A DNA stretch of 64,000 nt from Ignavibacteriota bacterium (GCA_963776275.1 CAVZMI010000028.1:1-64000), one strand, 5' to 3'. Counted from the first letter of the stretch, positions 53,295-63,777 are shown. Notes: generated by a model not told the origin, from the letters alone. Program-made: numbers and translations.

Positions 53295-54480
53295 TGTGAT
53301 TAATTAATTGGAGCGAACTAATTGGTAATATTATTGAAACGGAACGAGCGATTATTGCCATGAACTTTCCTGCCTGCCCGCCGGCCTGTCCGCCGAAGTC
53401 AGCTGTATGCTGACGAAGGCGGAAGTGGAACGAAGGCGTGGTCCGCCGAAATCCGCCAACCTGTCCGCCATAGCCGAAGGCGTAGGCGGAAGGCGGATGG
53501 AGGCGGAAGTTCGTATTGCCACGAACTTCAGTTCGTGGTTTCTTTCAAATCGCTAAACCACGAGGGTTTTAACCTCATAATTTTGGACCAATTATGCCCT
53601 TTGTAAGAGTCTGGATTCATCTCGTCTGGACAACAAAAAATCGTCAGCCAAATCTGGAAAAGAAATTCCGGGATAGGCTACTTGACCATATCCGTCAAAA
53701 CGCGAAGGTAAAGGGGATCTATCTAGATTCCATAAATGGCTTTATTGATCACATCCATGCTCTCCTTTCCATTCGTTCGGAACTTTCCATCTCCAAAGTC
53801 GCCCAATTATTAAAAGGTGAATCATCACACTGGGCAAATGAACTGAAACTCGCTCCAAACGAAATTGAATGGTAGGAAGAATATTTTGCGGTGTCGGTCA
53901 GCGAGTCGGATATAGGGATTGTGCGTAACTATATTCTGCATCAGGAAGAACACCATCGGAAAAAGACATATTCTGAAGAGTACCAGGAATTTATGCAGCA
54001 ATACCACGGTGAGTGTGGTGGGTTAAAACCCGCGGGAGAGGGTGAAGATTCAATTGCCACGACCTGAAGGTCATGGCAACAGCTAATATTAGCAGCATGA
54101 TGCAGCAATACCACAGTGAGTGTGATGGATTGAAACCTGCGGGAGAGGTGGGGAGATTAAATTGCCACGAACTTTAGTTCGTGGTTTGTAAAAAGAAAAA
54201 TAGATGGGTTTTAACCCTATATTAAAAAGCCGTATGCTAAATATATGGGGACTAAAGTCCATTTGAGTTTGGATTTTATTTTCCACGACCTGACCCCACT
54301 GGATCCCACGAACAACGTGGGGCCGTAAAAAGCACGGAAGCGTGGGGCGTAAATCCCACAGGCCCCACAAAAAACGTGGGACCGTAAATCTCACTGGAGA
54401 ACGTGAGACGGAAAAAAACGGAACACGGAAACGTGGGACGGAAAAAACCCGAAGCACGAGGTCGTGGCAATAGCTAATAA
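53295..54480 (+). mobile_element. IS200-type (HUH TnpA) element region flanked by multiple ccacgaac...gttcgtgg hairpins
   Basis: Hairpins at 53356-53510 (with nested insert), 53516, 54055, 54161 and 54283. The left flank matches 57932-58070. Confidence 0.75.
53594..54068 (+). pseudogene. tnpA: IS200/IS605-family Y1 HUH transposase TnpA with an in-frame TAG stop
   Basis: WIHLVWTTKNR, DHIH (HUH), KGESS, then W*EEYFAVSVS...VRNYILHQEEHH. The stop at 53873 replaces the usual WQ. Confidence 0.85.
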
Positions 54481-54512
54481 TAACAGCATGTCGTGACAAT
54501 AACAAAACGCGC

Positions 54513-54552
54513 AAAAATGAAAATGCCCGGAGAATGTCCGGGCGTTTTCATT
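54513..54552 (-). terminator. Intrinsic terminator downstream of ORF 54572..54994
   Basis: aatgaaaatgcccgga-gaatg-tccgggcgttttcatt stem with a T-run on the minus strand. Confidence 0.7.
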
Positions 54553-54571
54553 CTAGGATACATCCCTCGTT

Positions 54572-54994
54572 TTATGATGAATTCCTACCGCTTACGGCAA
54601 AACTCCCTTTATTGGCTTTTGTTTGAACCCATTTCAATATGTAAAGAAAAGGTCTTGGTGTGTTAGCTTTAAAATTAGCAGTCAGGGTTTGAGTGTATGA
54701 TTTTTTTCCAGGAGATTGATTCGATTGTCCTTGAGTGCCTACACTTCCTCCCGGTAATATTTTTATTAAAAATATGAAAGTACCACTTGCCGGATGCGGA
54801 CCACCTTGTGAAAAATCGAAGGTGAATTCGCCGGCAGCATTTGTGATGCATTGAGCAATTAGTACATTACCTGCTTGTAATTTTACTGTTATAGGCACAT
54901 TTGCTACGCTCAGTTGTGCCTGGCTTATGGTATAGCAGAATAACAAAACAATAATCGAAAGTATTAACAATTTGAATTTGTTTGAAGTAGACAT
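54572..54994 (-). CDS. Small secreted hypothetical protein
   Basis: Signal peptide ending SQA-Q; AAGGAG RBS; TNAAGEFTF beta-sandwich-like motif. Confidence 0.7.
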   Translation of the reverse strand: MSTSNKFKLLILSIIVLLFCYTISQAQLSVANVPITVKLQAGNVLIAQCITNAAGEFTFDFSQGGPHPASGTFIFLIKILPGGSVGTQGQSNQSPGKKSYTQTLTANFKANTPRPFLYILKWVQTKANKGSFAVSGRNSS

Positions 54995-55376
54995 AATATC
55001 ACTCCTTTTCCCAATGTAAATAAAACAAAGATAGATAATCGTACATCGCGGTTAAACGAAATGCTTGACATTATATCTAAATGTTACGAAAGCAGGGAGT
55101 AAATAGCAACTATCATCGGGAGGATCGATTCATGCACAAAAGTAACGAAATCAAGAAAGTGATAATCCTATATAATTACGTAAGTTGGAGCGTGTCGGGA
55201 ATTGCAAATGCATCGGATTTTTCCCTTATGAAATCGCCTTTGTTTCCCGTCGAAATTCTTGTGCTTGCTTTTCATCTATATCTCGTTTATTTTTAAAAAC
55301 AGCAGGGAATTTACTCAAAGAACAACGAAAAGATGATCAGGATTGGACCGGAAGGAAAAGCGAAACAGGGAAAAAT

Positions 55377-57789
55377 ATGGAAAAGGAAATCGGCGAAAAT
55401 GGAAAAGGCCGGCAATTTTTTTCTGAACGACTGACCCATGTTTTGGATGCCATTAATGAACTCTCTAAGATCGGATCATTCGACGAATTGTGCCGCCGGT
55501 CGGTCGAACTGGCCATCGAGCGACTAGGCTTCGATCGTGTTGGTTTGTGCTTCCTCTCTGAAGATCGGCAAACAGTACTGGGCGCCTACGGCACGGATGA
55601 AAACGGTCACCTGCGTGATGAGAAACACCTCAGAAGACCCGTCAAAACTACTCCCACCGTCAAGAAATTATTGGAAGAACCGGAGCCAGTCCTGTTTTTC
55701 GACAAAGAAATTTTGTATAACGATAAATTAGACCAGGTCGGCATCGGCAACCATGCGGTCGCCAGATTGTGGAATGGAGAGAAAATTATCGGCATTTATG
55801 CCGTGGATAATCTTATTCATCGAAATCCCATCACAAGCGAGGATCTGGAAATATTAGTCCTTTATGGCACGGCGATGGGACATCTATTCACGCTCAAACA
55901 GACAGAGGAAGCTCTCAGGGAAAGTGAAAGCCGTTTCAGAACATTATTCGAGCAGGCTGCAGTGGGCGTGGCGCAGATTGAGACTGTCACAGGAAAATTT
56001 TTGAAAGTTAACCGGCGATTCTGCACAATCATAAGTTATTCGGCGGAAGAGCTGCAAAATCTCACGCTGTCGGAACTCACCCATCCCCAGGATCGTGAAA
56101 CCGAACAAAAAAACTTGCAGCTTTTGACTAAAGGAAAAATTCGAGACTATTCGATGTACAAACGCCTTCAGCATAAACGTGGTCACTTCGTATGGGTCAA
56201 CCAGACAATTTCGTCCATGCAGTCCACCGCAGACGACGGAATACAATGTCGTTGTAGTTCAGGACATTACAAAGCGAAAACGTGCGGAAGAGGCGTTACT
56301 CGAAAGCAGCACGTTCAACCAGCTTTTAATGGAGACAATACCGTTTGGTATGGACATTGTCGATGAGAATGGAAAGATACTCTTCATAAACAAAACTCTG
56401 AAGGCTCTGATAAATAAAGACGTTCTCGGACAGCAGTGCTGGTCTTTTTATAAAGACGACAACAAACAATGTGTCAACTGCCCTCTCCTGTATGGAATCG
56501 AATTCGGGAAACCGAAAATTCTCGAGGTCAAGGGGGTACTGGGAGGAAAAATCTTTCAGATAAGTCATGTCGGGATGATGTACAAAGGGAAAAAGGCAAT
56601 GCTGGAAGTATTTCAGGATATAACGGAACAGAAAAAACTGCAGAACGATTTATTCCAGGCACAGAAACTGCAGAGTATAGGCACACTTGCCGGCGGTATC
56701 GCACACGATTTCAACAATATCCTTTGTATTATTCTCGCCTATGTAACGTCAATGCGTCGGTTAAAATTGAGTACGGGAAATGATATTGAAAGTCTTAATG
56801 CAATCAGTCAGGCAGTACAACGTGGAGCAGCATTGGTACGTCAGGTACTCACATTTGCCCGCAAAACCGATGCCGTGCTTGAAGTGATCGATATCAACAG
56901 CCTGGTGCTCGAACTTCTATCGATGTTGAGACGTACCTTCCCCAAAATTATCACTTTTTCGGAACAGTTGGGGGGAAATCTTCCCTTCATCGTTGCTGAC
57001 CATTCGCAAATACATCAGGCATTACTCAATCTTTGTGTGAATGCCCGGGATGCAATGCCGTACGGCGGTATAATTATCGTAAAAACGGAATCGCTTACAA
57101 AGGAGTATGTAGCCGAAAAATTTCCTTCTGCAGGCTACAGCAATTATATTTGCATCAGTGTAACCGATACCGGAGAGGGAATGGACGAAACGACGCGCCA
57201 GAAAGTGTTCGACCCGTTCTTCACGACAAAAGAGAAAGGGAAGGGGACAGGACTCGGATTGTCTGTCGTGTACGGCATCATGCAGGCGCATGATGGTTTT
57301 ATCGATATGGAAAGTACACCCGGCCAGGGCACTGCTTTCCGGCTCTTTTTCCCTGTCCCGGTCGCAATAGACGAATCCCGCGAATTACTGAAACCGGATG
57401 AGAGATACGAGACTGGAGGAAAAGAGACCATTCTACTTGTTGAAGATGAAGAATCCCTTTTAGAAACGGTACGCCTCATGCTCCGATCTTACGGCTATAC
57501 AATCTTGACGGCAAAGGATGGCAGGGCAGCGGTTGATACGTACGTACATCATCAAACCCAAATAAATCTAGTTATAACGGACATGGGATTGCCGGGAATA
57601 ACGGGGGAGGATGAATTCAGAGAATTGAAAATGATAAATCCGGATGTAAAAGTAATTCTCGTCAGCGGTTATATTGATCCGGATTATAAGTCCGAACTTC
57701 TCAAGCAGGGCATTTACGATTTTATTCAAAAGCCGTACAGGTTGGAGAGTATTCTTAAAAAGATTCGAAATGCGCTGGATACAAATTAG
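55377..57789 (+). CDS. Hybrid histidine kinase GAF-PAS-PAS-HisKA-HATPase-REC (frameshift near 56225)
   Basis: ESESRFRTLFEQ, LTHPQD, AGGIAHDFNNIL, NLCVNARDAM, DTGEGM, FDPFFTTK, GTGLGL, LLVEDE, TDMGLP. Confidence 0.9.
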
Positions 57790-57846
57790 AAGTTAATAAC
57801 CGTCGAAGAAGAATCGTGTAGGCAGGTTATGCCATTTCAGGAAGAT

Positions 57847-57871
57847 GCTCCCGGATAAGGGAGCTTTTTTT
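57847..57871 (+). terminator. Intrinsic terminator after the hybrid kinase
   Basis: GCTCCC-ggataa-GGGAGC followed by T7. Confidence 0.75.
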
Positions 57872-57931
57872 ATGCCAATGATGGGCATCTTTCATTCCGA
57901 ATGAAGAAACAATCGGAAACGGTCTGGCTAT

Positions 57932-58165
57932 TGTGATTAATTGATAAGAGCGAACCAATCGGTAGAATTATAAAACGGTTCGAGCAATTATTGCCACGAA
58001 CTTTAGTTCGTGGGTTCCATCAAATCACTAAACCACGAGGGTTTTAACCTCATACCCTTGGACTAATTATGCCCTTTGTAAGAGTCTGGGTCTATCTCAC
58101 CTGGACAATAAAAAATCATCAGTGTAATGGGTTAAAACCCGCGGGAGAGGGGGGAGATTCAATTA
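57932..58165 (+). mobile_element. Internally deleted, non-autonomous derivative of the IS200-type element
   Basis: Left flank, hairpin and tnpA start (MPFVRVWVYLTWTIKN) are joined directly to the 3' end gggttaaaacccgcgggagagg. Confidence 0.8.
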
Positions 58166-58232
58166 CTTGCTTTCGAAATGTATATTGAATATTTTATTGA
58201 AAACTCCCCATCATCCATCTTCTTTGAGGTGA

Positions 58233-59315
58233 ATGGCCATGAAGAAACTCCGGACAGTTGTATTCCTGCTTTTCTGCCTCATCATCATTCATCAGGGTTA
58301 TGCGCTTCCGCGATTTACCTCGAGCGCATTTCTGAAATGCCAGAATTGCCATATCGATCCTAACGGCGGCGGAATGCGCAATTATTATGGCGTCATGATG
58401 TACGGCCGACAGACTCTGCCTGTCCACAGTTGGACGGATGACTCGACCATGCTGAATTTCACGCCCCGGCTGAACGACTTTATAAGTATCGGGATGGATA
58501 TGCGAACCTTGTTTATGTATCAACAGCAGCGTGACTATACCTCTATGTATCAGATGCAGGGAGACATTTATCTCAACGCACGCATTTCAAATAAAATCCT
58601 TATTTCGGTCACAAAATCGATCTTTCATGATTTTGAGATATTCGGCATTGCTCAGATTCTTCCATTGAATGGTTATGTGAAAGTAGGAAGGTTCACTCCG
58701 GCTTATGGAACAAGAATCGACGATCATACCGCTTTTATCAGATCAAAAACCGTGTTCCCACTGTACCGCAGACCCGATACCGGTTTCGAGGTAGGAATAT
58801 CGCCGACATCGCTCACATGGAATGCGGGTGTGTACAATGGCGAAGACGGCAGCGATCCTTCCAATGGCCGGATCAGACTATTTACCACGAGAGGCGAAGC
58901 TCTTTTTCGGATTGAGAATATCAACATTTCCCTCGGCGGATCTGTCTGGTCTAATAAAGGTTTGAACGGTACCCTGACAATGTACGGCGGGTTTGCCGGG
59001 CTCTATTATAAAGATGTCGCCATCAACGCCGAAATCGATATGAAGAAGGATAAAGCCGGACCGGGAACGCAAGAACTCATCACCTATCTGGAAATAAATT
59101 GCCTTCTCCTGAATGGTTTCTATTTAAAATTCATGTATGATTTCTACGATCCGGACATCGATTATAAAACTGGAAGCGAATCGAGGTATAGTTTAGGTAT
59201 AGAATTTTTCCCGCTGCCCGGTGTGGAAATGCGTCCGGTATTTCGAATATTGAAGAATACACCCGGAGATGCACATGATAAGGAGTTCGATTTTCTTGTC
59301 CATCTCTTCCTGTAA
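58233..59315 (+). CDS. Outer-membrane beta-barrel with an N-terminal CxxCH heme motif
   Basis: Signal peptide, ALPRF...CQNCH.DPNGGG.RNYYG, KVGRFTPAYG, barrel strands ending VHLFL. Confidence 0.75.
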   Translation: MAMKKLRTVVFLLFCLIIIHQGYALPRFTSSAFLKCQNCHIDPNGGGMRNYYGVMMYGRQTLPVHSWTDDSTMLNFTPRLNDFISIGMDMRTLFMYQQQRDYTSMYQMQGDIYLNARISNKILISVTKSIFHDFEIFGIAQILPLNGYVKVGRFTPAYGTRIDDHTAFIRSKTVFPLYRRPDTGFEVGISPTSLTWNAGVYNGEDGSDPSNGRIRLFTTRGEALFRIENINISLGGSVWSNKGLNGTLTMYGGFAGLYYKDVAINAEIDMKKDKAGPGTQELITYLEINCLLLNGFYLKFMYDFYDPDIDYKTGSESRYSLGIEFFPLPGVEMRPVFRILKNTPGDAHDKEFDFLVHLFL

Positions 59316-59329
59316 ATAGCGGAGAACTT

Positions 59330-59995
59330 ATGATTTCTCGATGGAACTTTTTCCCGATCGTTATAAGTGGTGCCCTGATCATCATCCTCTATACCTGCAA
59401 AGATATGGGGTCAGAACCCACAGCTAATGGCCCTCAGTTCTCCGCCGATAGTATAAGTCTTCACATTGCAAAAGGATCTTCGCGGCAAGTGACACTGTCC
59501 GGTGGAAAACAGCCATACTCGATAAAATTACAGCCGAATACTGCGGTTGCAACGGCATCATTATCTTCCACACTTCTCACAATTTCAGCCGTGGATACCG
59601 GAAATACTTTTCTCGTGTTGAATGATAGTAGTACTCCGGCACCCGATACTGTGAAAATTTCAATTGGTGTGTTTGCAGCTACGCCTCTTTCTACCGTTCA
59701 TTTCTCGACGCAGGTACAGCCGATTTTTAATAGCTATTGCACAAGTTGTCACGGAAGCTACGGAGGGTTATCGCTTGCGCCAGGCTCAAGCTATACTAAT
59801 CTTGTGAATGTGCAGGCGCAATCAAGCTGCACTTCATTGAAACGGGTTTTACCCAACGATGCAAACAATAGTGTTCTTTATCGAAGGGTAGCCGGATCAA
59901 ACTGTGGCAGCCGGATGCCGCAAGGAGGCAGCCTCAGTGCGGGGGATATTTCGCTTATTCAGACTTGGATTAACGAAGGAGCAATCAATAATTGA
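59330..59995 (+). CDS. c-type cytochrome lipoprotein
   Basis: Lipobox LYTC; Ig-like middle region; VQPIF...CTSCH...SVLYRRV...RMP...WINEGA. Confidence 0.85.
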   Translation: MISRWNFFPIVISGALIIILYTCKDMGSEPTANGPQFSADSISLHIAKGSSRQVTLSGGKQPYSIKLQPNTAVATASLSSTLLTISAVDTGNTFLVLNDSSTPAPDTVKISIGVFAATPLSTVHFSTQVQPIFNSYCTSCHGSYGGLSLAPGSSYTNLVNVQAQSSCTSLKRVLPNDANNSVLYRRVAGSNCGSRMPQGGSLSAGDISLIQTWINEGAINN

Positions 59996-60009
59996 GTGTC
60001 AATGGCTCT

Positions 60010-60066
60010 AAAAGTTGAAGGTTTAAGGTTGAAGGTTTCAGGTTGGGAGGTTTAAAGTTTAAGGTT
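60010..60066. repeat. Degenerate heptamer tandem repeat (AAGGTTG/AAGGTTT-like)
   Basis: Inverted counterpart at 61602-61640; the same heptamer lies at 25120-25136 and 26534-26568. Confidence 0.75.
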
Positions 60067-60172
60067 CATGAGATGATTCTGGATAATGGCGACTGTACAG
60101 AGAGAGTATTCTGCTTCAGTTGGAAATGGATTTTTTGGCAATTAAATTAAGATAGAAGCCAAAGGAGAACCT

Positions 60173-60481
60173 ATGAACCAACGGAAACAGATATCGGCCC
60201 AACAAAAAGTTATTATTCTCCGGGAACACTTGGAAAACAATGTTCCACTGAGCGAGTTAGGTGAAAAATATGGAGTTCACATCAACCTTCTCTATCGGTG
60301 GAAAAAAGAGCTTTTCGAAGGAGCGATTGACACCTTCGCTCGAAAACATGAGAAACAATCCAAAGCAGAGACACGAGCCGCTGATCGCCTCACCGAAAAA
60401 CTCAAAGCGAAGGATAAGCTCATTGCTGAGCTTGTCGAGGACAACATCCGGTTAAAAAAAAGTCTCACTGGCGACAATTGA
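60173..60481 (+). CDS. IS3 OrfA
   Basis: Identical to 26159..26467. The A8G run at 60454-60462 gives a -1 shift into KSHWRQLNDCW (OrfB frame). Confidence 0.93.
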   Translation: MNQRKQISAQQKVIILREHLENNVPLSELGEKYGVHINLLYRWKKELFEGAIDTFARKHEKQSKAETRAADRLTEKLKAKDKLIAELVEDNIRLKKSLTGDN

Positions 60482-61470
60482 ACGATTGTTGGGTCGACAT
60501 GGACATACGTGATAGTGTCATCGAATACGTTCAGATCATACATCAAAGATCGAATATATCGATCCAGAGACTTCTAAGCTGGATCGGCATATCACCCAGC
60601 AAATATTATGACTGGGTCGATCGTTGTGGGAAAGCCAATAATCACAATGGTAGCATAGTCAAAGAACACTGGCTTTTACCCTGGGAACGAGAGGCAATTA
60701 TTCGATACTACAGCTCTCATTCCGAAGAAGGATATCGCCGCTTGGCCTATATGATGCTCGATGAAAATGTCGTTGCCGTCAGTCCGTCGAGTACCTATCG
60801 TGTGCTGAAAACAACAGATCTGTTTAATATGTGGAATACAACACCAAAGAACCCGAAAAAGAAAGGATTTGATCAACCGACAAGGCCCCATGAGCATTGG
60901 CATATCGATATCAAATATGTAAACTTTCTTGGAACATTTTTATTCTTCACGAGCATCATCGACGGATTTTCTCGTTATATTGTCCATCACGAGCTTCGTC
61001 TATCGATGCAAGAATTTGATGTACAATTAACTCTCCAACGTGCTTTGGAAAAATTCCCCGGGGTCTCTCCACGGATTATTTCGGACAATGGGACCCAGTT
61101 TATTGCAAAGGAGTTTGGTGAATTCTTACGGTTACGAGGTCTACAACATGCACGGACATCAATCGGCTATCCTCAGAGTAATGGCAAGATCGAGCGATTT
61201 CATCGATCGCTCAGTGAAGAATGTCTTCGAACATCAAGCTTCATTGATCTGAACGATGCTCGACAACAGGTTGCCACCTATGTCGAATATTACAACACTC
61301 ATCGTCTTCATAGCTCGTTGTATTACCTGACCCCAGAAGATTTCTTGGTCAACAGAATCAATAGTCGTCTCAAAGAACGTGATGAAAAATTATATCAAGC
61401 TAGAGCCAATAGAATCCAACAACACTCCACCAGCTGCGTTTCAAGTTATGCGTTACACCTTAATTCATAA
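60478..61470 (+). CDS. IS3 OrfB (DDE integrase core)
   Basis: Identical to 25170..26162. Confidence 0.95.
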   Translation: MNDCWVDMDIRDSVIEYVQIIHQRSNISIQRLLSWIGISPSKYYDWVDRCGKANNHNGSIVKEHWLLPWEREAIIRYYSSHSEEGYRRLAYMMLDENVVAVSPSSTYRVLKTTDLFNMWNTTPKNPKKKGFDQPTRPHEHWHIDIKYVNFLGTFLFFTSIIDGFSRYIVHHELRLSMQEFDVQLTLQRALEKFPGVSPRIISDNGTQFIAKEFGEFLRLRGLQHARTSIGYPQSNGKIERFHRSLSEECLRTSSFIDLNDARQQVATYVEYYNTHRLHSSLYYLTPEDFLVNRINSRLKERDEKLYQARANRIQQHSTSCVSSYALHLNS

Positions 61471-61777
61471 AGCTGTAATTCCATTTTCCGCTGAACCAGT
61501 ACAAGAGAGGTCAGGTCTCAACTGTCACTGCAACTATCGAAAGAAATAGCTGCATTAATTTCGTACCTTAAACGGTCTCCCATTAAAGGCCACAAATATA
61601 ACAACTTTAAACTTGAAACTTTAAACCTGAAACTTTAAACATCTATCCTCATCTGTTTTTTCTGTAACCAACCGGGATAACGGATTGACATATTTAAGGG
61701 GGTATTGTGGTGTGAGAAGATATTCTAATCCGTAAACCAGACACTATTTTGCTAACTATTTCTACAAGGAGCGCTCT

Positions 61778-63145
61778 ATGATTGTCTTGATCAGTGATGT
61801 ACATCTTACAGATGAATCAACTGCAAGAAATGTTCATAGAAGTGCATTTGAAATTCTTGAAGATGAAATCATCAGTAACGTGGAAAGTAAGAAGGATATC
61901 AATGAAATAAAGGTCGTTCTTCTTGGCGATATTTTTGATCTGGTGAGAACCGACTATTGGCTCCGGAAGAACATAGCCCCAGCGGATAGGCCCTGGAATG
62001 GCATCATTAATCCCTTAACCGGGATGAATGGAAATAAAGAAAAGGTAGAAGATCAGTTTAATAAAATTCTGGAAGGGATATTCGATACTGATGCCTGTAA
62101 ATCCTTCTTCGCTATGCTTAATAATGTCGCAAAGAGGGCGAAGAAATATAATGTCAGAGATACCAGTGTCACGTATGTTGTGGGCAACCATGACAGGGCT
62201 TTCAATAATTTTGAGAGCCTCAAGAATAAAGTAAAAGAAAAACTGGGAAACGTCGTGAAAATAAAATTTGTTTCCGTTCTCCATGATCCTGAATATTCTG
62301 TGCTGGCACGACACGGATGTGAGTGGGATAATGACTGCTATTCCTGGAAGTTTTCCAACAATGTCTTCAAGACAAGATATAATCAGTTTGATGAACCGGT
62401 ATACAGGATCATGTCGCTCGGGGAAGTTATTACAGCCGAGCTGATGGCAGGCATTGTCTACCACGTGAGTCAGGCATTGGCGAACAATCCAAGTGAACAA
62501 GATAAGCAATTCATTGAGACGATAAAAGAAGTGAACAATCTGAGGCCCATCGTTGAAGTCTTCAAGTATCTTGATTGGCTCACAAAGAATGGCATGAACA
62601 AATATGACGACATATTACGTCAGGCTCTACGGAAAGCGCTCGAAGCGACATACACATCGAGTCTGGCGATATTATGGAAAAGGTACGACAACACCATCCC
62701 CGGTTTACTGAAAAGAACGAATATCCTTGTGAAAAAAGACTTTGGTTTCGTGAAAATAGTTGTTTTATTGCTCCATGCAATCTATAAAGTGTGGGAACGA
62801 ATAAAAAGCATATTCGTCGGCAGAGAAGACGACCTTGTTTCGGGTGCTCGTGAGGAGTGGAAGAATAATAGCTTTGAAAATATTCAGTATATATTTTATG
62901 GACATACGCATGAGGCGCGGCAGGATTATATCGAGGGAAAGCAGGATGGAACGGTAAAACTGTATGTCAATACCGGAACATATCTTCCTTTGATACAGGA
63001 ATGCAGCGAAGACAATGGTTATAGTACCGCTTATCAAATGACAATGGCATTCGTCTATAAAGGATCGGAAGACCATGATGGAAAAAAAGGTGATGCAGCA
63101 AGCCTCGATGTATGGAATGGAATAAAGAGAAAGAATTACGTGTAA
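61778..63145 (+). CDS. Calcineurin-like metallophosphoesterase
   Basis: ISDVH, LGDIFD, VGNHD, RHG, GHTH, YVNTG. Confidence 0.88.
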   Translation: MIVLISDVHLTDESTARNVHRSAFEILEDEIISNVESKKDINEIKVVLLGDIFDLVRTDYWLRKNIAPADRPWNGIINPLTGMNGNKEKVEDQFNKILEGIFDTDACKSFFAMLNNVAKRAKKYNVRDTSVTYVVGNHDRAFNNFESLKNKVKEKLGNVVKIKFVSVLHDPEYSVLARHGCEWDNDCYSWKFSNNVFKTRYNQFDEPVYRIMSLGEVITAELMAGIVYHVSQALANNPSEQDKQFIETIKEVNNLRPIVEVFKYLDWLTKNGMNKYDDILRQALRKALEATYTSSLAILWKRYDNTIPGLLKRTNILVKKDFGFVKIVVLLLHAIYKVWERIKSIFVGREDDLVSGAREEWKNNSFENIQYIFYGHTHEARQDYIEGKQDGTVKLYVNTGTYLPLIQECSEDNGYSTAYQMTMAFVYKGSEDHDGKKGDAASLDVWNGIKRKNYV

Positions 63146-63235
63146 AACGATGATCGTTGTTGGTACTCTCCACCGCAGCCCAATACAATCGCCGGAAATC
63201 CGGTACCATAGTACTGTTCAGGGAAGGTCGCATTC

Positions 63236-63745
63236 GTGAAGAAAATGGGAATAAGGAGGAGTGATATGAAATGGCTATTCTTGCTGCTCTGTGTGATATT
63301 TATCGGCGGGAAATGCACTGCTCAAATGCCCAGTGTATTCTGGCATACTGAAGTAAGCAGCGGTTTGATTATAGGACGGAATATCAAACCCTCGCCATTT
63401 ATTCCTATGCTAAGGTTTGGTTCGCTTATATCGTTGGACAGGACAAACGAACACATATATCTCGGAGTGCATATAGGAAGCTACTGGGGAAATCCGGGAG
63501 TCGGATTTCTCGGTGATGTTTCCGTTCAATGGTATGTGACAACCGTTGGTCAACATTACGCGAGCCTTTTTATATATCCGGAGACCGGGTATTCAATAGT
63601 AGTCAGTCCGGACAACGGCGGATCCTTTTTTGGTGGGGGAGGTATATCGTTGAGTACAAGTTTTCTTGTGCTCACCGTACGCGGCATGTATTTATTCAGA
63701 CAGGAATGCGGTATGGGTCAATTGGGCGCTGGAATCCGATTCTAA
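63236..63745 (+). CDS. Hypothetical exported small beta-barrel-like protein
   Basis: Signal peptide MKWLFLLLCVIF after AGGAGG (a later start is probable); Gly/aromatic strands; ends GIRF. Confidence 0.6.
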   Translation: MKKMGIRRSDMKWLFLLLCVIFIGGKCTAQMPSVFWHTEVSSGLIIGRNIKPSPFIPMLRFGSLISLDRTNEHIYLGVHIGSYWGNPGVGFLGDVSVQWYVTTVGQHYASLFIYPETGYSIVVSPDNGGSFFGGGGISLSTSFLVLTVRGMYLFRQECGMGQLGAGIRF

Positions 63746-63777
63746 ATCTCTTTCAGAAAAATGAAAGGATACAGGCA

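Larger units (their letters stand above)
60107..61503 (+). mobile_element. IS3-family insertion sequence, 1397 bp, copy 2 (inverted relative to copy 1)
   Basis: Same IRs and length as copy 1; target duplication AGAG. Confidence 0.95.
60086..61638 (+). pseudogene. Internally deleted four-helix-bundle (IVS-like) gene remnant interrupted by IS3
   Basis: MATVQR before the IS and EVRSQL...IAALISYLKRSPIKGHKY after it; flanked by inverted heptamer repeats typical of such genes. Confidence 0.6.

Noticed and set aside
53213-53350. Lysine riboswitch upstream of lysA
   Set aside because: No recognisable L-box helices; most of the space is the flank of the IS200-type element.
53873-53875. Pyrrolysine or stop-codon recoding at the tnpA TAG
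   Set aside because: TAG terminates other genes here normally (lysA, hsdM); a C-to-T change in a mobile element is simpler.
284-57789. Genome decay or programmed frameshifting as the cause of the many split genes
   Set aside because: These are single-base indels in otherwise intact genes, with no slippery sites or other decay, so sequencing error is simpler. Only the IS3 A8G site is treated as programmed.
25137-61503. An already-transposed composite transposon bounded by the two IS3 copies
   Set aside because: Each copy has its own distinct target duplication and the outer flanks do not match.
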